44,167 nt of DNA from a virus (taxonomy: Duplodnaviria; Caudoviricetes): positions 1 to 44,167 of IMG/VR virus record IMGVR_UViG_3300037423_000772. One strand, 5' to 3'. Numbering within the stretch: position 1 is the stretch's first letter; each line of letters opens with the position of its first letter. This document shows, one piece after another, positions 34,577 through 42,543 of this stretch. The notes below the pieces were generated by a model. That model did no database searches. It had not been told where the DNA came from and saw only the letters and a list, made by a program, of their open reading frames with translations. The translations under genes and the position numbers were made by a program.

Positions 34577-34748
34577 GCCGCCACTTCCAGATCAGGTAGC
34601 CGAGCTGGGCGATGACGTAGATGCACGTCGGGATTGCCACCAGCCACTGCGGGTCAATCGCTCCCAGCACCATGCCGGCCGTGATGCCCGCTGGCGGCGC
34701 AGCCTTCAGCGTCGCCGCGCCAATGTCGGCAGCCAGATCGTTGCTCAC
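34554..34748 (-). CDS. Holin (class II, pinholin candidate)
   Basis: Small hydrophobic protein with a basic C-tail; overlaps the endolysin start. Confidence 0.8.
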   Translation of the reverse strand: MSNDLAADIGAATLKAAPPAGITAGMVLGAIDPQWLVAIPTCIYVIAQLGYLIWKWRREAAKRG

Positions 34749-34777
34749 ACTCGCGCTTCCCCTGTTGGCGCAAGCGC

Positions 34778-34987
34778 CTAATTCACTGTCTTGTTGTCAG
34801 CCAGTTGTGCTTCGCACTCCCGCGCCATCTGACGCAGGATGGCCGGCAGCAACGGAAAGTTCTGGCCGGAGATGGCCCATTTCTCGCCGTCCCGGAAGAT
34901 CACGTTCGCGGGCACGTCGTTGTCGTGCAGCCATTCCGTGACCAGCTCAACGCGCTCAGCGGCGCTTACGTCGCGGCGCTTTGGCAC
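34778..34987 (-). CDS. Hypothetical protein
   Basis: GGAGG RBS; lies between the Ntn gene and the holin. Confidence 0.55.
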   Translation of the reverse strand: MPKRRDVSAAERVELVTEWLHDNDVPANVIFRDGEKWAISGQNFPLLPAILRQMARECEAQLADNKTVN

Positions 34988-35492
34988 TCTGAGCCTCCAC
35001 GGACCGCCTGGAATGCGTCACCGCCTCGGGATATTCATGGGGCTGCTGGACTTCCATGCTCTGCACGGGATCGCCGCACAGCACGTCCTGCTTCGTTACC
35101 TTCGCCACCGCTTCTATGGCCGACAGGCCCAAGCCCATCGCCATCATGGCGGCCTCTGAACCGCAGCCCACGGCGGCCACCTTGTCCCGCAACGGAAAGG
35201 CCGGGAACTCATCCTCCAGCAGCCAAAGCGAGCCATCTGGCTTCGCGATCAGAATGCTGGCCTCGCGGATACACGGCGGCCCCTGCATCCCGTCGGGCGC
35301 AGGGCGGTCGTCGCAATCACCACCTTCGGCCAAGTACCGCAGGCCCGAATAGGCGCGTGCCCACAAACCACAGCCCCCGGCCACGCCTCCATCCGGCAGA
35401 CGGATGATCTTCTGCGCGCGGCTCTGGCTGTTGTAGGACGAGAGCATCGTGTCCGCCGCCATCACCCCATCCTTGAAGGCGATGATCGTCAT
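34956..35492 (-). CDS. Proteasome-beta/HslV-like Ntn hydrolase
   Basis: M-T-IIA...MAADT, QKI, AVGCGS..AM.AM and D..CG motifs; AGGAG RBS before ATG 35492. Confidence 0.75.
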   Translation of the reverse strand: MTIIAFKDGVMAADTMLSSYNSQSRAQKIIRLPDGGVAGGCGLWARAYSGLRYLAEGGDCDDRPAPDGMQGPPCIREASILIAKPDGSLWLLEDEFPAFPLRDKVAAVGCGSEAAMMAMGLGLSAIEAVAKVTKQDVLCGDPVQSMEVQQPHEYPEAVTHSRRSVEAQSAKAPRRKRR

Positions 35493-35502
35493 GGCGGCTC
35501 CT

Positions 35503-35533
35503 GAAAGTAGCCCCACGCGCTTGCGCGGCTACT
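35503..35533 (-). terminator. tR'-like hairpin at the head of the late operon
   Basis: AGTAGCC...GGCTACT stem followed by TTC, downstream of the Q-like gene. Confidence 0.5.
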
Positions 35534-35644
35534 GCGGCGGTCGCTGTTGCGCGTCCGCTAACGGCGCGTGAGACATTCCGCAGGTGGGGCGGGATGCAAT
35601 GCACCCCAAGTCTCTATTGTCGCAGGACCGCCCGATTTCCCGGC

Positions 35645-36229
35645 CTAGATAGCAGCGCGGTTGAAGTCCGCGCCCGTCGCCAGCTCCCAGCGGTCGATCA
35701 TGTCGCGCGTCCAGCGGCCTTCCACGATGCACTTCAGGTCGAACATGTAGGCGATGAACCCGTCGAGCGTGCGGCTTTGAATCTCGTCACGCACGCGCAG
35801 GTACGCCTGATGCCCCGCGTTGGTCTGCTGGCAGCGTACATTGCGTCCAGGCATCTCTTGCTCTAGCCACGGCCACAACGCACGCGCCATGCCGTCCCGC
35901 GCCGCCTGGTGGCCCCACTTCGGGCTGTAGCTCTCGATCACCGTCCGCTTGCGGATGCCGGAACCTTTCGTCGTGGCGAACTCGGCCGCCTCGCGATAGG
36001 CCCAATCCTTGAGCTGGCGGAACTTGCTGGAGTCGTCGGCAATCCTGGCGAGGTAGATGGCCTCGTGGATCGGGTCGCGCGCGATCAGCTTGGCCGTGGA
36101 CAGGTAGCCGCCGATGTCCTCGTCCGAGCCGCCCCACCACCACGACCCCACACGGGCGGCGATGATGTCGTGGAGGTCGCGTTCCTCATGGCCCTGGACC
36201 CGTACCTCGATGGCGGCTTCGGCGCTCAA
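35645..36229 (-). CDS. Putative Q-like late regulator/antiterminator
   Basis: Last early gene before a non-coding gap and the lysis region; size and helical character fit. Positional call. Confidence 0.5.
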   Translation of the reverse strand: MSAEAAIEVRVQGHEERDLHDIIAARVGSWWWGGSDEDIGGYLSTAKLIARDPIHEAIYLARIADDSSKFRQLKDWAYREAAEFATTKGSGIRKRTVIESYSPKWGHQAARDGMARALWPWLEQEMPGRNVRCQQTNAGHQAYLRVRDEIQSRTLDGFIAYMFDLKCIVEGRWTRDMIDRWELATGADFNRAAI

Positions 36230-36519
36230 GCGTCACCCGCCAGCGTCGGCCGGCAGAGGGCGACGGTATTGCGCTTTAGCCCGCTTTCCGCGACAGGCTG
36301 ATCGCCTGCCCGCATGGCGGCCAGGGCTTCGTAGCAGCTCGCTTTGTCCGGGTAGACCTCGCGGCCAAAAACTCCACAGCCCCAACTGCTAACACCTCCA
36401 CACCACTGAAGCGTCCACGCTCCCTTTGCCTGAGGCGGTGGCGGTGTAGGCGGGGCCGAACACGCTGCGAGCAGCAACGCGGCGATAGGCGCCAGCCATG
36501 CTTTCTTAAGCCGGCTCAT
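36226..36519 (-). CDS. Cys-rich lipoprotein
   Basis: Lipobox LAAC, Pro linker, four further Cys. Confidence 0.7.
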   Translation of the reverse strand: MSRLKKAWLAPIAALLLAACSAPPTPPPPQAKGAWTLQWCGGVSSWGCGVFGREVYPDKASCYEALAAMRAGDQPVAESGLKRNTVALCRPTLAGDA

Positions 36520-37262
36520 CAGGCCACCGCCTTGATCTTGGCCGCGCCCGGATCGGCATGGACGGCCTGGCTCCAGCCACCGCACGTCTTGCACTGGAAC
36601 CGCTGATAGCGCCGGGTTTTCGTGTGCTGCCAGCCGCGTGACTGCAACTTCTCCCCGCCGCAGTACGGACACACATGGCCGCCTTCGATCGCGTGGTTGG
36701 GCAGCCCTTTGATCCAGCCCTTGTCGCGGAGCTTGTCGAACACCGCCTCCGCGAGCTTGGTGTCCGCGATGTTGTAGCGGCGCATCAACCCCTGCGCCCG
36801 CTCATCCCCGGCCAGCACGTCGGCCCACAGGTCGAACCCGCCCGTGCGGATCTTCCGCCCAACCCCGAGATAGCCAGCCACGTAATCCAGTTTGTAGCTC
36901 GGCAGGTACAGGTAGTGCTTCACCGACTTCATCAAGTCCACCTTGACGAAGGGCGACGGCCGCGCCATCCCATGCTTCACGAACATGGCATTGAGCCAGC
37001 GGATGTCGAAGCGGTCGCTGTTCCACCCCAGTACCGCATCGGCCTCGTCCAGCAGCGCGTGCATCTTGCGCACCATCTCGCGCTCGCCGTTCTCCCACTC
37101 GGCGGCGAAGTGCACCTTGCGTTCCCCATGGAACTTGGCCGCCCACGACAGCAGGCCGCCGCCGTCGATGATCTGGTTGATGCCGATGCGCTGGTCCCAG
37201 AGCCCCCAGGCGTAGGCGGTGATCGGCTTGGTTTCGATGTCGAGCGTCAGGAGGCGAGTCAC
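36519..37262 (-). CDS. RNase H-like (DnaQ/PolB-type) 3'-5' exonuclease with C-terminal Zn ribbon
   Basis: LDIET, WNSDRFD and YNIAD motifs; CPYCG...CKTCG. Confidence 0.85.
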   Translation of the reverse strand: MTRLLTLDIETKPITAYAWGLWDQRIGINQIIDGGGLLSWAAKFHGERKVHFAAEWENGEREMVRKMHALLDEADAVLGWNSDRFDIRWLNAMFVKHGMARPSPFVKVDLMKSVKHYLYLPSYKLDYVAGYLGVGRKIRTGGFDLWADVLAGDERAQGLMRRYNIADTKLAEAVFDKLRDKGWIKGLPNHAIEGGHVCPYCGGEKLQSRGWQHTKTRRYQRFQCKTCGGWSQAVHADPGAAKIKAVA

Positions 37263-37444
37263 GCGCGCACTCCAGGCTTCGGCAAGCGGCGCAGCCCGCG
37301 CACCGCTTCCACTGCCAGCGCGAGGAAGAAGCCAGCAAACAGCACGAACACGCCGCTAGGCCGCAGCGAGTAGGCGTAAATCGCGATCCCGATGTCGATC
37401 GTGCAGACGATCAGCGAGAACCAGTAGAGGGCGCGCGGGCTCAT
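37259..37444 (-). CDS. Two-TM membrane protein
   Basis: Hydrophobic; ATGA and GTGA overlaps. Confidence 0.55.
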   Translation of the reverse strand: MSPRALYWFSLIVCTIDIGIAIYAYSLRPSGVFVLFAGFFLALAVEAVRGLRRLPKPGVRA

Positions 37445-37779
37445 CCGTGCTCTCTCCCACTGTCGGCGCCTTGCTCCGGCACGCCGGCCCAGCCATCCGT
37501 TTCGATGGGTTCCCAGGCGTAGGTGCGAAGTGGGATGCCGTCGCCAACACAGGTAGATCGGCCTGCAATCGACATTGACACACTGCCTATTTGCTCGGGG
37601 TCGTATTCCTCGCCCCACCGCTTGGCCCACCGTGTCAGGCCGATGCCGAAGCCAGCAATCGTGATTGCCGCCGCAACCTGAAAGGCGTTCGCATGGAACG
37701 ACACGCGCAGCAGGTCAACGCCCGCGCCATCCTTCAGGCTGCGCCATTGGTTCTCGGTGCGCAGGGTCAGGCGCTTCAT
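37441..37779 (-). CDS. Hypothetical protein (MKRLTLR...)
   Basis: GGAGGG RBS, ATGA overlap. Confidence 0.55.
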   Translation of the reverse strand: MKRLTLRTENQWRSLKDGAGVDLLRVSFHANAFQVAAAITIAGFGIGLTRWAKRWGEEYDPEQIGSVSMSIAGRSTCVGDGIPLRTYAWEPIETDGWAGVPEQGADSGREHG

Positions 37780-37949
37780 CCGAAGAACCCTCCCTGCCAA
37801 AGCAGGAACGCGTTCAAGCCAAGGCTTGCCGTGGCAATGCCGATGTCCTCGCGCGCACCGAGGCCAGTCTTCGGCTCGCCGTGATGAAGCAGGGTGTGCA
37901 GCCAGCCCAGTCCGACGAGCGCAATCCACGTCCACTGCGGCCAGCTCAC
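37776..37949 (-). CDS. Small two-TM phage protein (WPQ...HGEP...LLWQGGFF)
   Basis: Manual translation, 57 aa; overlapping start and stop codons on both sides. Confidence 0.65.
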   Translation of the reverse strand: MSWPQWTWIALVGLGWLHTLLHHGEPKTGLGAREDIGIATASLGLNAFLLWQGGFFG

Positions 37950-38221
37950 GCATCACCCCGGTACGCTTCGCCCGCCTTGAGTGCGCATGGTTCGTCGTTC
38001 TGCCTATCCAGCAACTCAGTCAGCGCGGGCGGCATCGGCGCTTCAACCGGATGCGGCACTTCGACGGGGTCGAAGGCTTCCGGATTGATGACCAGTAGCG
38101 TCTGATTGATCCGCGCCAGCGCCCCGAAGTTGACCTCGCCATTGCGGCGGGCCGGCAACGTGACCGTCAGCGTGGTGCTGTTGTCCTCGTTGCGTGAGGA
38201 AATGATCGTGAGGCTTGCCAT
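37946..38221 (-). CDS. Hypothetical protein
   Basis: AAGGAGG RBS. Confidence 0.6.
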   Translation of the reverse strand: MASLTIISSRNEDNSTTLTVTLPARRNGEVNFGALARINQTLLVINPEAFDPVEVPHPVEAPMPPALTELLDRQNDEPCALKAGEAYRGDA

Positions 38222-38263
38222 CCGAGCGGCCTCCTTTGGCCCTCTGCTCGGATGCGCATATTT

Positions 38264-38524
38264 TCAGGCTTTTGTCGCGTCCGGTTTCAGTCGCGCGACT
38301 TTCATAGCGCGCGACACGCGTCGGTAAACAGTCGAGCGGTGACAGTGCTGGCGGATGGCTGCAATGCCAGCCCCAAGCGGCAAAAGGCGAGCGGCCTCCA
38401 TGTCGCGAATCGCTTGATCTTGCCGGCGTCGGAACTTGCCGACGAGTACGCCAAGGTCTAGCTGAAACTCCTCGTCCCCGTCCAGCGCGGTCACCAGCGC
38501 CTCAATCTCGCGATCCCCTTTCAT
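38264..38524 (-). CDS. Small HTH protein
   Basis: C-terminal IAAIRQHCHRSTVYRR helix-turn-helix. Confidence 0.6.
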   Translation of the reverse strand: MKGDREIEALVTALDGDEEFQLDLGVLVGKFRRRQDQAIRDMEAARLLPLGAGIAAIRQHCHRSTVYRRVSRAMKVARLKPDATKA

Positions 38525-38533
38525 GCGCCCCCC

Positions 38534-38935
38534 CTATTGACCGTGTTCGCGCACCAGAAGAAAGAATCCGTCAGGTGACAGATCCATCGTGTACGTCAGT
38601 TCCCTGCCCCACTGCTGCCCGCTCGCCCACGCCTCGCGCAGCGGGACCCGGAAGCGCCAGCCCTTGCGCGGCACTTTGTAGGCCAGACAGGGAATGGCAT
38701 CGCGCTTCGTGGCCGACGTGACCGCCTGCTGCCACCAGGATTTGATTGGCGACAGGCTGGCGCAGTTCTTCACTTCCAGCAGATACGGCCCGACCAACTG
38801 CTCGATGTCGCCGTGCTGAGCCTGCGCGACCTGCTTGTAGTTCCGGTTGACCGCGACGCCGAGGTGGGCGCGGATGAGGTGGACGATTTCCAACTCGCCC
38901 CGCTTACCTTTGTTGCGGGAGTGCGCGCCGGTCAT
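38534..38935 (-). CDS. PD-(D/E)XK Holliday-junction-resolvase-like nuclease
   Basis: SRNKGKRGELE, GDI, LEVKN and WWQQA motifs. Confidence 0.8.
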   Translation of the reverse strand: MTGAHSRNKGKRGELEIVHLIRAHLGVAVNRNYKQVAQAQHGDIEQLVGPYLLEVKNCASLSPIKSWWQQAVTSATKRDAIPCLAYKVPRKGWRFRVPLREAWASGQQWGRELTYTMDLSPDGFFLLVREHGQ

Positions 38936-39144
38936 GCCGCCACCCCCGTTGCCGACTTCCACGCCGCCAGCCATCGATACGCGGTCGAGCGATGCACGCT
39001 GAACCGCTCCATGATGCGTTCCGGCTTCGGCTCCTCCTGAAGCGAGCCGATCCAGATGGCGACGCGGAAGTACGCTTCCGCCGCTGACGTGGCGTGCTGT
39101 TCGTCCATCACCCTCGCAAACGCTGGCCCCGGACCACGCTTCAT
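38932..39144 (-). CDS. Small HTH protein
   Basis: IMERFSVHRSTAYRW. Confidence 0.7.
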   Translation of the reverse strand: MKRGPGPAFARVMDEQHATSAAEAYFRVAIWIGSLQEEPKPERIMERFSVHRSTAYRWLAAWKSATGVAA

Positions 39145-39443
39145 GCAGCCCTCCGGCCGAGACTCGGCACCAGCGGCCCGGCGTTGATCGGGCCACGCCA
39201 CTTCCGCAGGCGGACGCATTCCAGCTGCTCTGTCAGGCTCGTCGCTGGCAGGCCCACGAAGTTATCGACCACGCGCGGGTCGCTATCCGGACGGTCCTCG
39301 CTCAACCCCAGCGCAATCGCCTTCATCTGGATCGAACGCAGCGTGCGATGCCGCATCCGGCGACGAATCCCTTTTGCCCCTTCGATGGCGTAGTGCTGGA
39401 GCATCAGCGCCACCTCCTCTTTCGGCCACTTCTTCACCCGCAC
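39141..39443 (-). CDS. Myb/SANT-like small DNA-binding protein
   Basis: WPKEEVALMLQHY...RTLRSIQMKAIALGL. Confidence 0.55.
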   Translation of the reverse strand: MRVKKWPKEEVALMLQHYAIEGAKGIRRRMRHRTLRSIQMKAIALGLSEDRPDSDPRVVDNFVGLPATSLTEQLECVRLRKWRGPINAGPLVPSLGRRAA

Positions 39444-39700
39444 ACCCTCCGCAGCGTTTCGTTCAATGCCTCCAGCTCATCCATCTTGTGGATGCGCCAG
39501 AGCGTCTTGTCCCCATGAATCCCGAGCGGCCCACGGTGGCAGTCGGGGCACAGCCCCACCGTCGTGTAGTGGCAGCCCTGCTTGATGTGGTGCGCCTCCA
39601 CGAAGCCGCCAGCGCCGCACACGGCACAGCCGGATTTCTTGACCTTCGCCATGTGGGCGGACTCGCCCTTGCTGATGGCCTTGGCGTTCTTCGTTCTCAT
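39434..39700 (-). CDS. Ref/DUF968-like Zn-binding HNH nuclease
   Basis: CAVC, EAHH and LCPDCH...GIH motifs. Confidence 0.75.
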   Translation of the reverse strand: MRTKNAKAISKGESAHMAKVKKSGCAVCGAGGFVEAHHIKQGCHYTTVGLCPDCHRGPLGIHGDKTLWRIHKMDELEALNETLRRVCG

Positions 39701-40110
39701 GCGGCAGCCCTCGGCACAAACACGCCGGCTTTCGCCGCGATCCGGTCCACCATGTCCACAAACTTGGTGAACGTCGCTTTGTCGATCACGTCGCGCTTGC
39801 CGTTTTCATCGCGCGTAGTCGTCCGGCGCGGGAAGCTGGCGACGCCCTCGGGATTGCGCGGAGACTTCGGCACGGGCTTGTCTACCCAGCCGAAGAACGT
39901 CCCGCACATGAAGGCGTGGATGCCGTTGTCCCCATCCACTTCGTAGCCCATCGCCTCGGCAATTGGCGGGTAGATGACACCGAACAGCAGGTTGTTCTGC
40001 TCGTTGCTCCGGGTCGGCTTCCACGGCTTGCTGGACACGTCCAGCGGTAGAGCCTGAGCCTGGAGGAAGGCGACGAAGCGAGCGCGGTCGGATTCGGTGG
40101 CGAGTTTCAT
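39697..40110 (-). CDS. NinB-like recombination accessory protein
   Basis: RSNEQN...Y..IA and TT...FTKFVD..IAA..GV motifs. Confidence 0.75.
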   Translation of the reverse strand: MKLATESDRARFVAFLQAQALPLDVSSKPWKPTRSNEQNNLLFGVIYPPIAEAMGYEVDGDNGIHAFMCGTFFGWVDKPVPKSPRNPEGVASFPRRTTTRDENGKRDVIDKATFTKFVDMVDRIAAKAGVFVPRAAA

Positions 40111-40349
40111 TTCACCGCCGCCAGACGGCGAACCTGCGTCTGCTGCGCCTCCACCGAGGCCGGCATCATCCCGATCTCGTCTGCTAGCCGGATCGCGTCG
40201 ATCTCGACCTTGACCGCGCCGATGAAGGAATTGGCGACCATGCTCATGGTCTTTGCGCGCTCGATAACCTCCGCGCCCACGTCCGGGTCGCCGAGAGATT
40301 CCATCATTGCGACCAAGTGGTCGCGCACGTCACTGAGCTTGTTTTTCAC
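40107..40349 (-). CDS. Conserved hypothetical partner of the upstream HNH-like gene
   Basis: KNKLSDVRDHL..MESL...ERAK motif. Confidence 0.7.
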   Translation of the reverse strand: MKNKLSDVRDHLVAMMESLGDPDVGAEVIERAKTMSMVANSFIGAVKVEIDAIRLADEIGMMPASVEAQQTQVRRLAAVK

Positions 40350-41019
40350 CTTTCGCCCTCCGGTTGATCTTTCGGTTGAGCGCGCCCCGCAGGCGAATCA
40401 GGTCCGCCACCTCTTTGGGGTATCGCGTCAAGTAGCTGTTACGGCGCATGTTTTCGGCGCGTGTGACGACCTCGATCCGGTCGAGGGTGATTTCGTCCTC
40501 GCGGGTCGTGTGCCTGCCCGGCTTGAACACGGCGAGATGCCCGCGCGGCACGGGGCCATTCGCGGCTTCCCACACGATGCGGTGCACGGGTTGCCATCGC
40601 GCGGCCGGATAAGGGCCGCCTGCCGTCACCTTGCGTTCCAGATTTCCGTAGACAATCCGGGTTGCGCCCACCGGTTTAAGCAACGCTTGCGCGCGGCCCG
40701 ACAGTTGCCCCTTTTTGAATTGCGTTGCTCGGCACTCCGGTTGCACGCCCACCACGCCACGCACGCCCTTGTTCCATGCCGTCTGCCCCTTGCGGAACTG
40801 CGTCTTGACCATGCGGGGGTCGGTGCGCCCACGCTGGATGCGTCCCGCGTTATCGCTGGCGAGATAGGCCGCCGACTTCTTCAAACCGAAGAATTGCGCC
40901 CGCTGATATACGGCGCCCTCCGAACGGCTCAGGATGTGCGCGATCAGGTACGTGGGGAAATTGGCGTAGTTGATCCGCAACGTCTCGTCCTCGTCGGCTG
41001 TCCACGGGCGGCGATTCAT
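40330..41019 (-). CDS. HNH_3-like protein with Myb-like N-terminus and NUMOD-like repeats
   Basis: WTADEDETLR; FRKGQTAWNKG and TQFKKG; HRIVWEAANGPVP...VTRAENMRRN. Confidence 0.75.
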   Translation of the reverse strand: MNRRPWTADEDETLRINYANFPTYLIAHILSRSEGAVYQRAQFFGLKKSAAYLASDNAGRIQRGRTDPRMVKTQFRKGQTAWNKGVRGVVGVQPECRATQFKKGQLSGRAQALLKPVGATRIVYGNLERKVTAGGPYPAARWQPVHRIVWEAANGPVPRGHLAVFKPGRHTTREDEITLDRIEVVTRAENMRRNSYLTRYPKEVADLIRLRGALNRKINRRAKGEKQAQ

Positions 41020-41201
41020 GCCGCCTCCTTCGCAAGTTCGTCAGCCTTCGCCTTGCAATCTGCAAGCGATCCAACCGCTGCGATCTCGCCCCGGTCCACC
41101 AGCATGTAGACGAACTTGCCCCAGACCTTTGCGCCATTGATGAGGAACCGGCCGCACTCGCTGGCGATGTAGTTCGGCGGCTTGCGCTCGGACCACTTCA
41201 T
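41016..41201 (-). CDS. Hypothetical protein
   Basis: ATGA overlaps. Confidence 0.55.
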   Translation of the reverse strand: MKWSERKPPNYIASECGRFLINGAKVWGKFVYMLVDRGEIAAVGSLADCKAKADELAKEAA

Positions 41202-41374
41202 GCGGCCCTCGCTTGCCATGCGCGGTGGTAATCGCGCGCGTAGCGGTAGGCGGTCGCGCGGTCGAGTTCAGGGAACGCCGCGTGGATCTGCTTGCCGGTC
41301 GGCGCGTGGTTCGGAAAGCGCAGGGCGATGCGGAAGGCCAGCTCGCGACGGGAGGTTTCGGGCTTGGGTTTCAT
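41198..41374 (-). CDS. 58-aa HTH protein
   Basis: Manual translation MKPKPETSRRELAFRIALRFPNHAPTGKQIHAAFPELDRATAYRYARDY; ATGA overlaps. Confidence 0.65.
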   Translation of the reverse strand: MKPKPETSRRELAFRIALRFPNHAPTGKQIHAAFPELDRATAYRYARDYHRAWQARAA

Positions 41375-41817
41375 GACTCACTCGCCTTGTTGTAGTGCTG
41401 GCTCAGTTCGGCTTCGGTTGCCGCGCGATCGGTGGTGGTTTGCAGGCGACGCGGCACCGGCTTGCTGGCGAACGGCTGCGCCTCGTCCAGCATTTGGCGT
41501 ATTGCGGCCACGCGCGCATCGGCTTCCGCAGGCGACAACGGCTTGACCTCGTAGCCCATCGCGCGCTGCTCGACGTGTGGCAACTCGGCGAGGAACTGCC
41601 GCGGCGATGGCCATTTGTCGCTCGTGGCCTGCAAGGTCGCGAACGCTGACCGGATGCGGCGCGTGTCCCGCTGCTGGTCCCAGTCGCGGCCCACGGTCGT
41701 GGCGTTAATCCAGGTCGCGGCCGTGATCTGTACCGAGTCGGCGGGGGGCGTCCGATCCAACGACAGCGACATGAGCTGTGTCAGCCCGTCGATCATTTCC
41801 CGAGTGAACCAGTCCAT
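41371..41817 (-). CDS. Replication accessory protein (P/helicase-loader position)
   Basis: Follows the initiator; AFATL...WPSPRQFL motif. Confidence 0.55.
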   Translation of the reverse strand: MDWFTREMIDGLTQLMSLSLDRTPPADSVQITAATWINATTVGRDWDQQRDTRRIRSAFATLQATSDKWPSPRQFLAELPHVEQRAMGYEVKPLSPAEADARVAAIRQMLDEAQPFASKPVPRRLQTTTDRAATEAELSQHYNKASES

Positions 41818-42517
41818 CTTTCATCCCTTGCAGTGCTTTCATGCCCGTGAGCGTTCGACTCTCCCCACCGGCAGGCGCAGGCGGCCCCTGGCCCTTGACC
41901 GGGAACAGCCCGGTCCAGCCTCGCTCGATGGATTGGTGGATGACGGCGCGCGGGTCGTGCCCCGTGGCCCAAAGCTCGGTCAGCGTGCGCAGCGACAACT
42001 CCCGCGCCTTCGGCGTCCAGCCCTTGCGGGCGTTGCGGTAGGCGTGCCAATCGCTCCATGCCTCCGATGACAACCAGTCAGGCAGCGCGAGCTGCCCGCC
42101 CTTTGCTTTTGCTCTTTCTTGGTTATTGGTTATTGGTTCTTGGTTAGCATTGCGTTCGCTATGCGTCGGCAATGCGCCCGCATTGCGTTCGCATTCCTTC
42201 TTCACATTGGCCCAGCGTGACTTGGCGTTATTGCTGGCTTTCCCGGCCTTCTCGCGGTACTTGGCGATGGCCTCATCGCAGCGGGTCTTGTGCCAGCCGT
42301 CGTCTGCGAGCGTGAAGAACTCCAGCAGGATGGCCTTCACCACGTCGATCTGATCGGTGGATCGGATGAGGCGGGCAACCACTTCGGGCGACACCGGGAG
42401 CGGCGCTTCCTGGCGGTAGTAGAGCCGCAGCATCCGGGAGTAGATGGCGTCCTCCACGTGCGACAGGTGCGCCGTGGCTGCCTCGTAGTCCCCAATGTGC
42501 AGATCGAAATAGTTCAC
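41705..42517 (-). CDS. Replication initiator (YdaU/DUF1376, O-like)
   Basis: NYFDLHIGDY...T.HLS..E..Y..L..YY N-terminus and WL....W..W...R...SI..GW.GLF C-terminus; internal repeats. Confidence 0.85.
   Translation of the reverse strand: MNYFDLHIGDYEAATAHLSHVEDAIYSRMLRLYYRQEAPLPVSPEVVARLIRSTDQIDVVKAILLEFFTLADDGWHKTRCDEAIAKYREKAGKASNNAKSRWANVKKECERNAGALPTHSERNANQEPITNNQERAKAKGGQLALPDWLSSEAWSDWHAYRNARKGWTPKARELSLRTLTELWATGHDPRAVIHQSIERGWTGLFPVKGQGPPAPAGGESRTLTGMKALQGMKDGLVHSGNDRRADTAHVAVVGSDAPRRLGTDHGRDLD
42104..42197. other. Putative replication origin (iterons plus AT-rich tract) inside the initiator gene
   Basis: GCATTGCGTTCGC at 42147 and 42180, with an inverted GCAATGC between them, beside (TTGGTTA/C)x4 and a T-rich tract. 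Confidence 0.65.
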
Positions 42518-42543
42518 CGCCGCGCCCCCGGTAGCCCCTGCCC

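Noticed and set aside
42118-42197. CRISPR-like or mini-array repeats
   Set aside because: Short tandem repeats without unique spacers inside the initiator gene, better explained as origin iterons; no cas genes.
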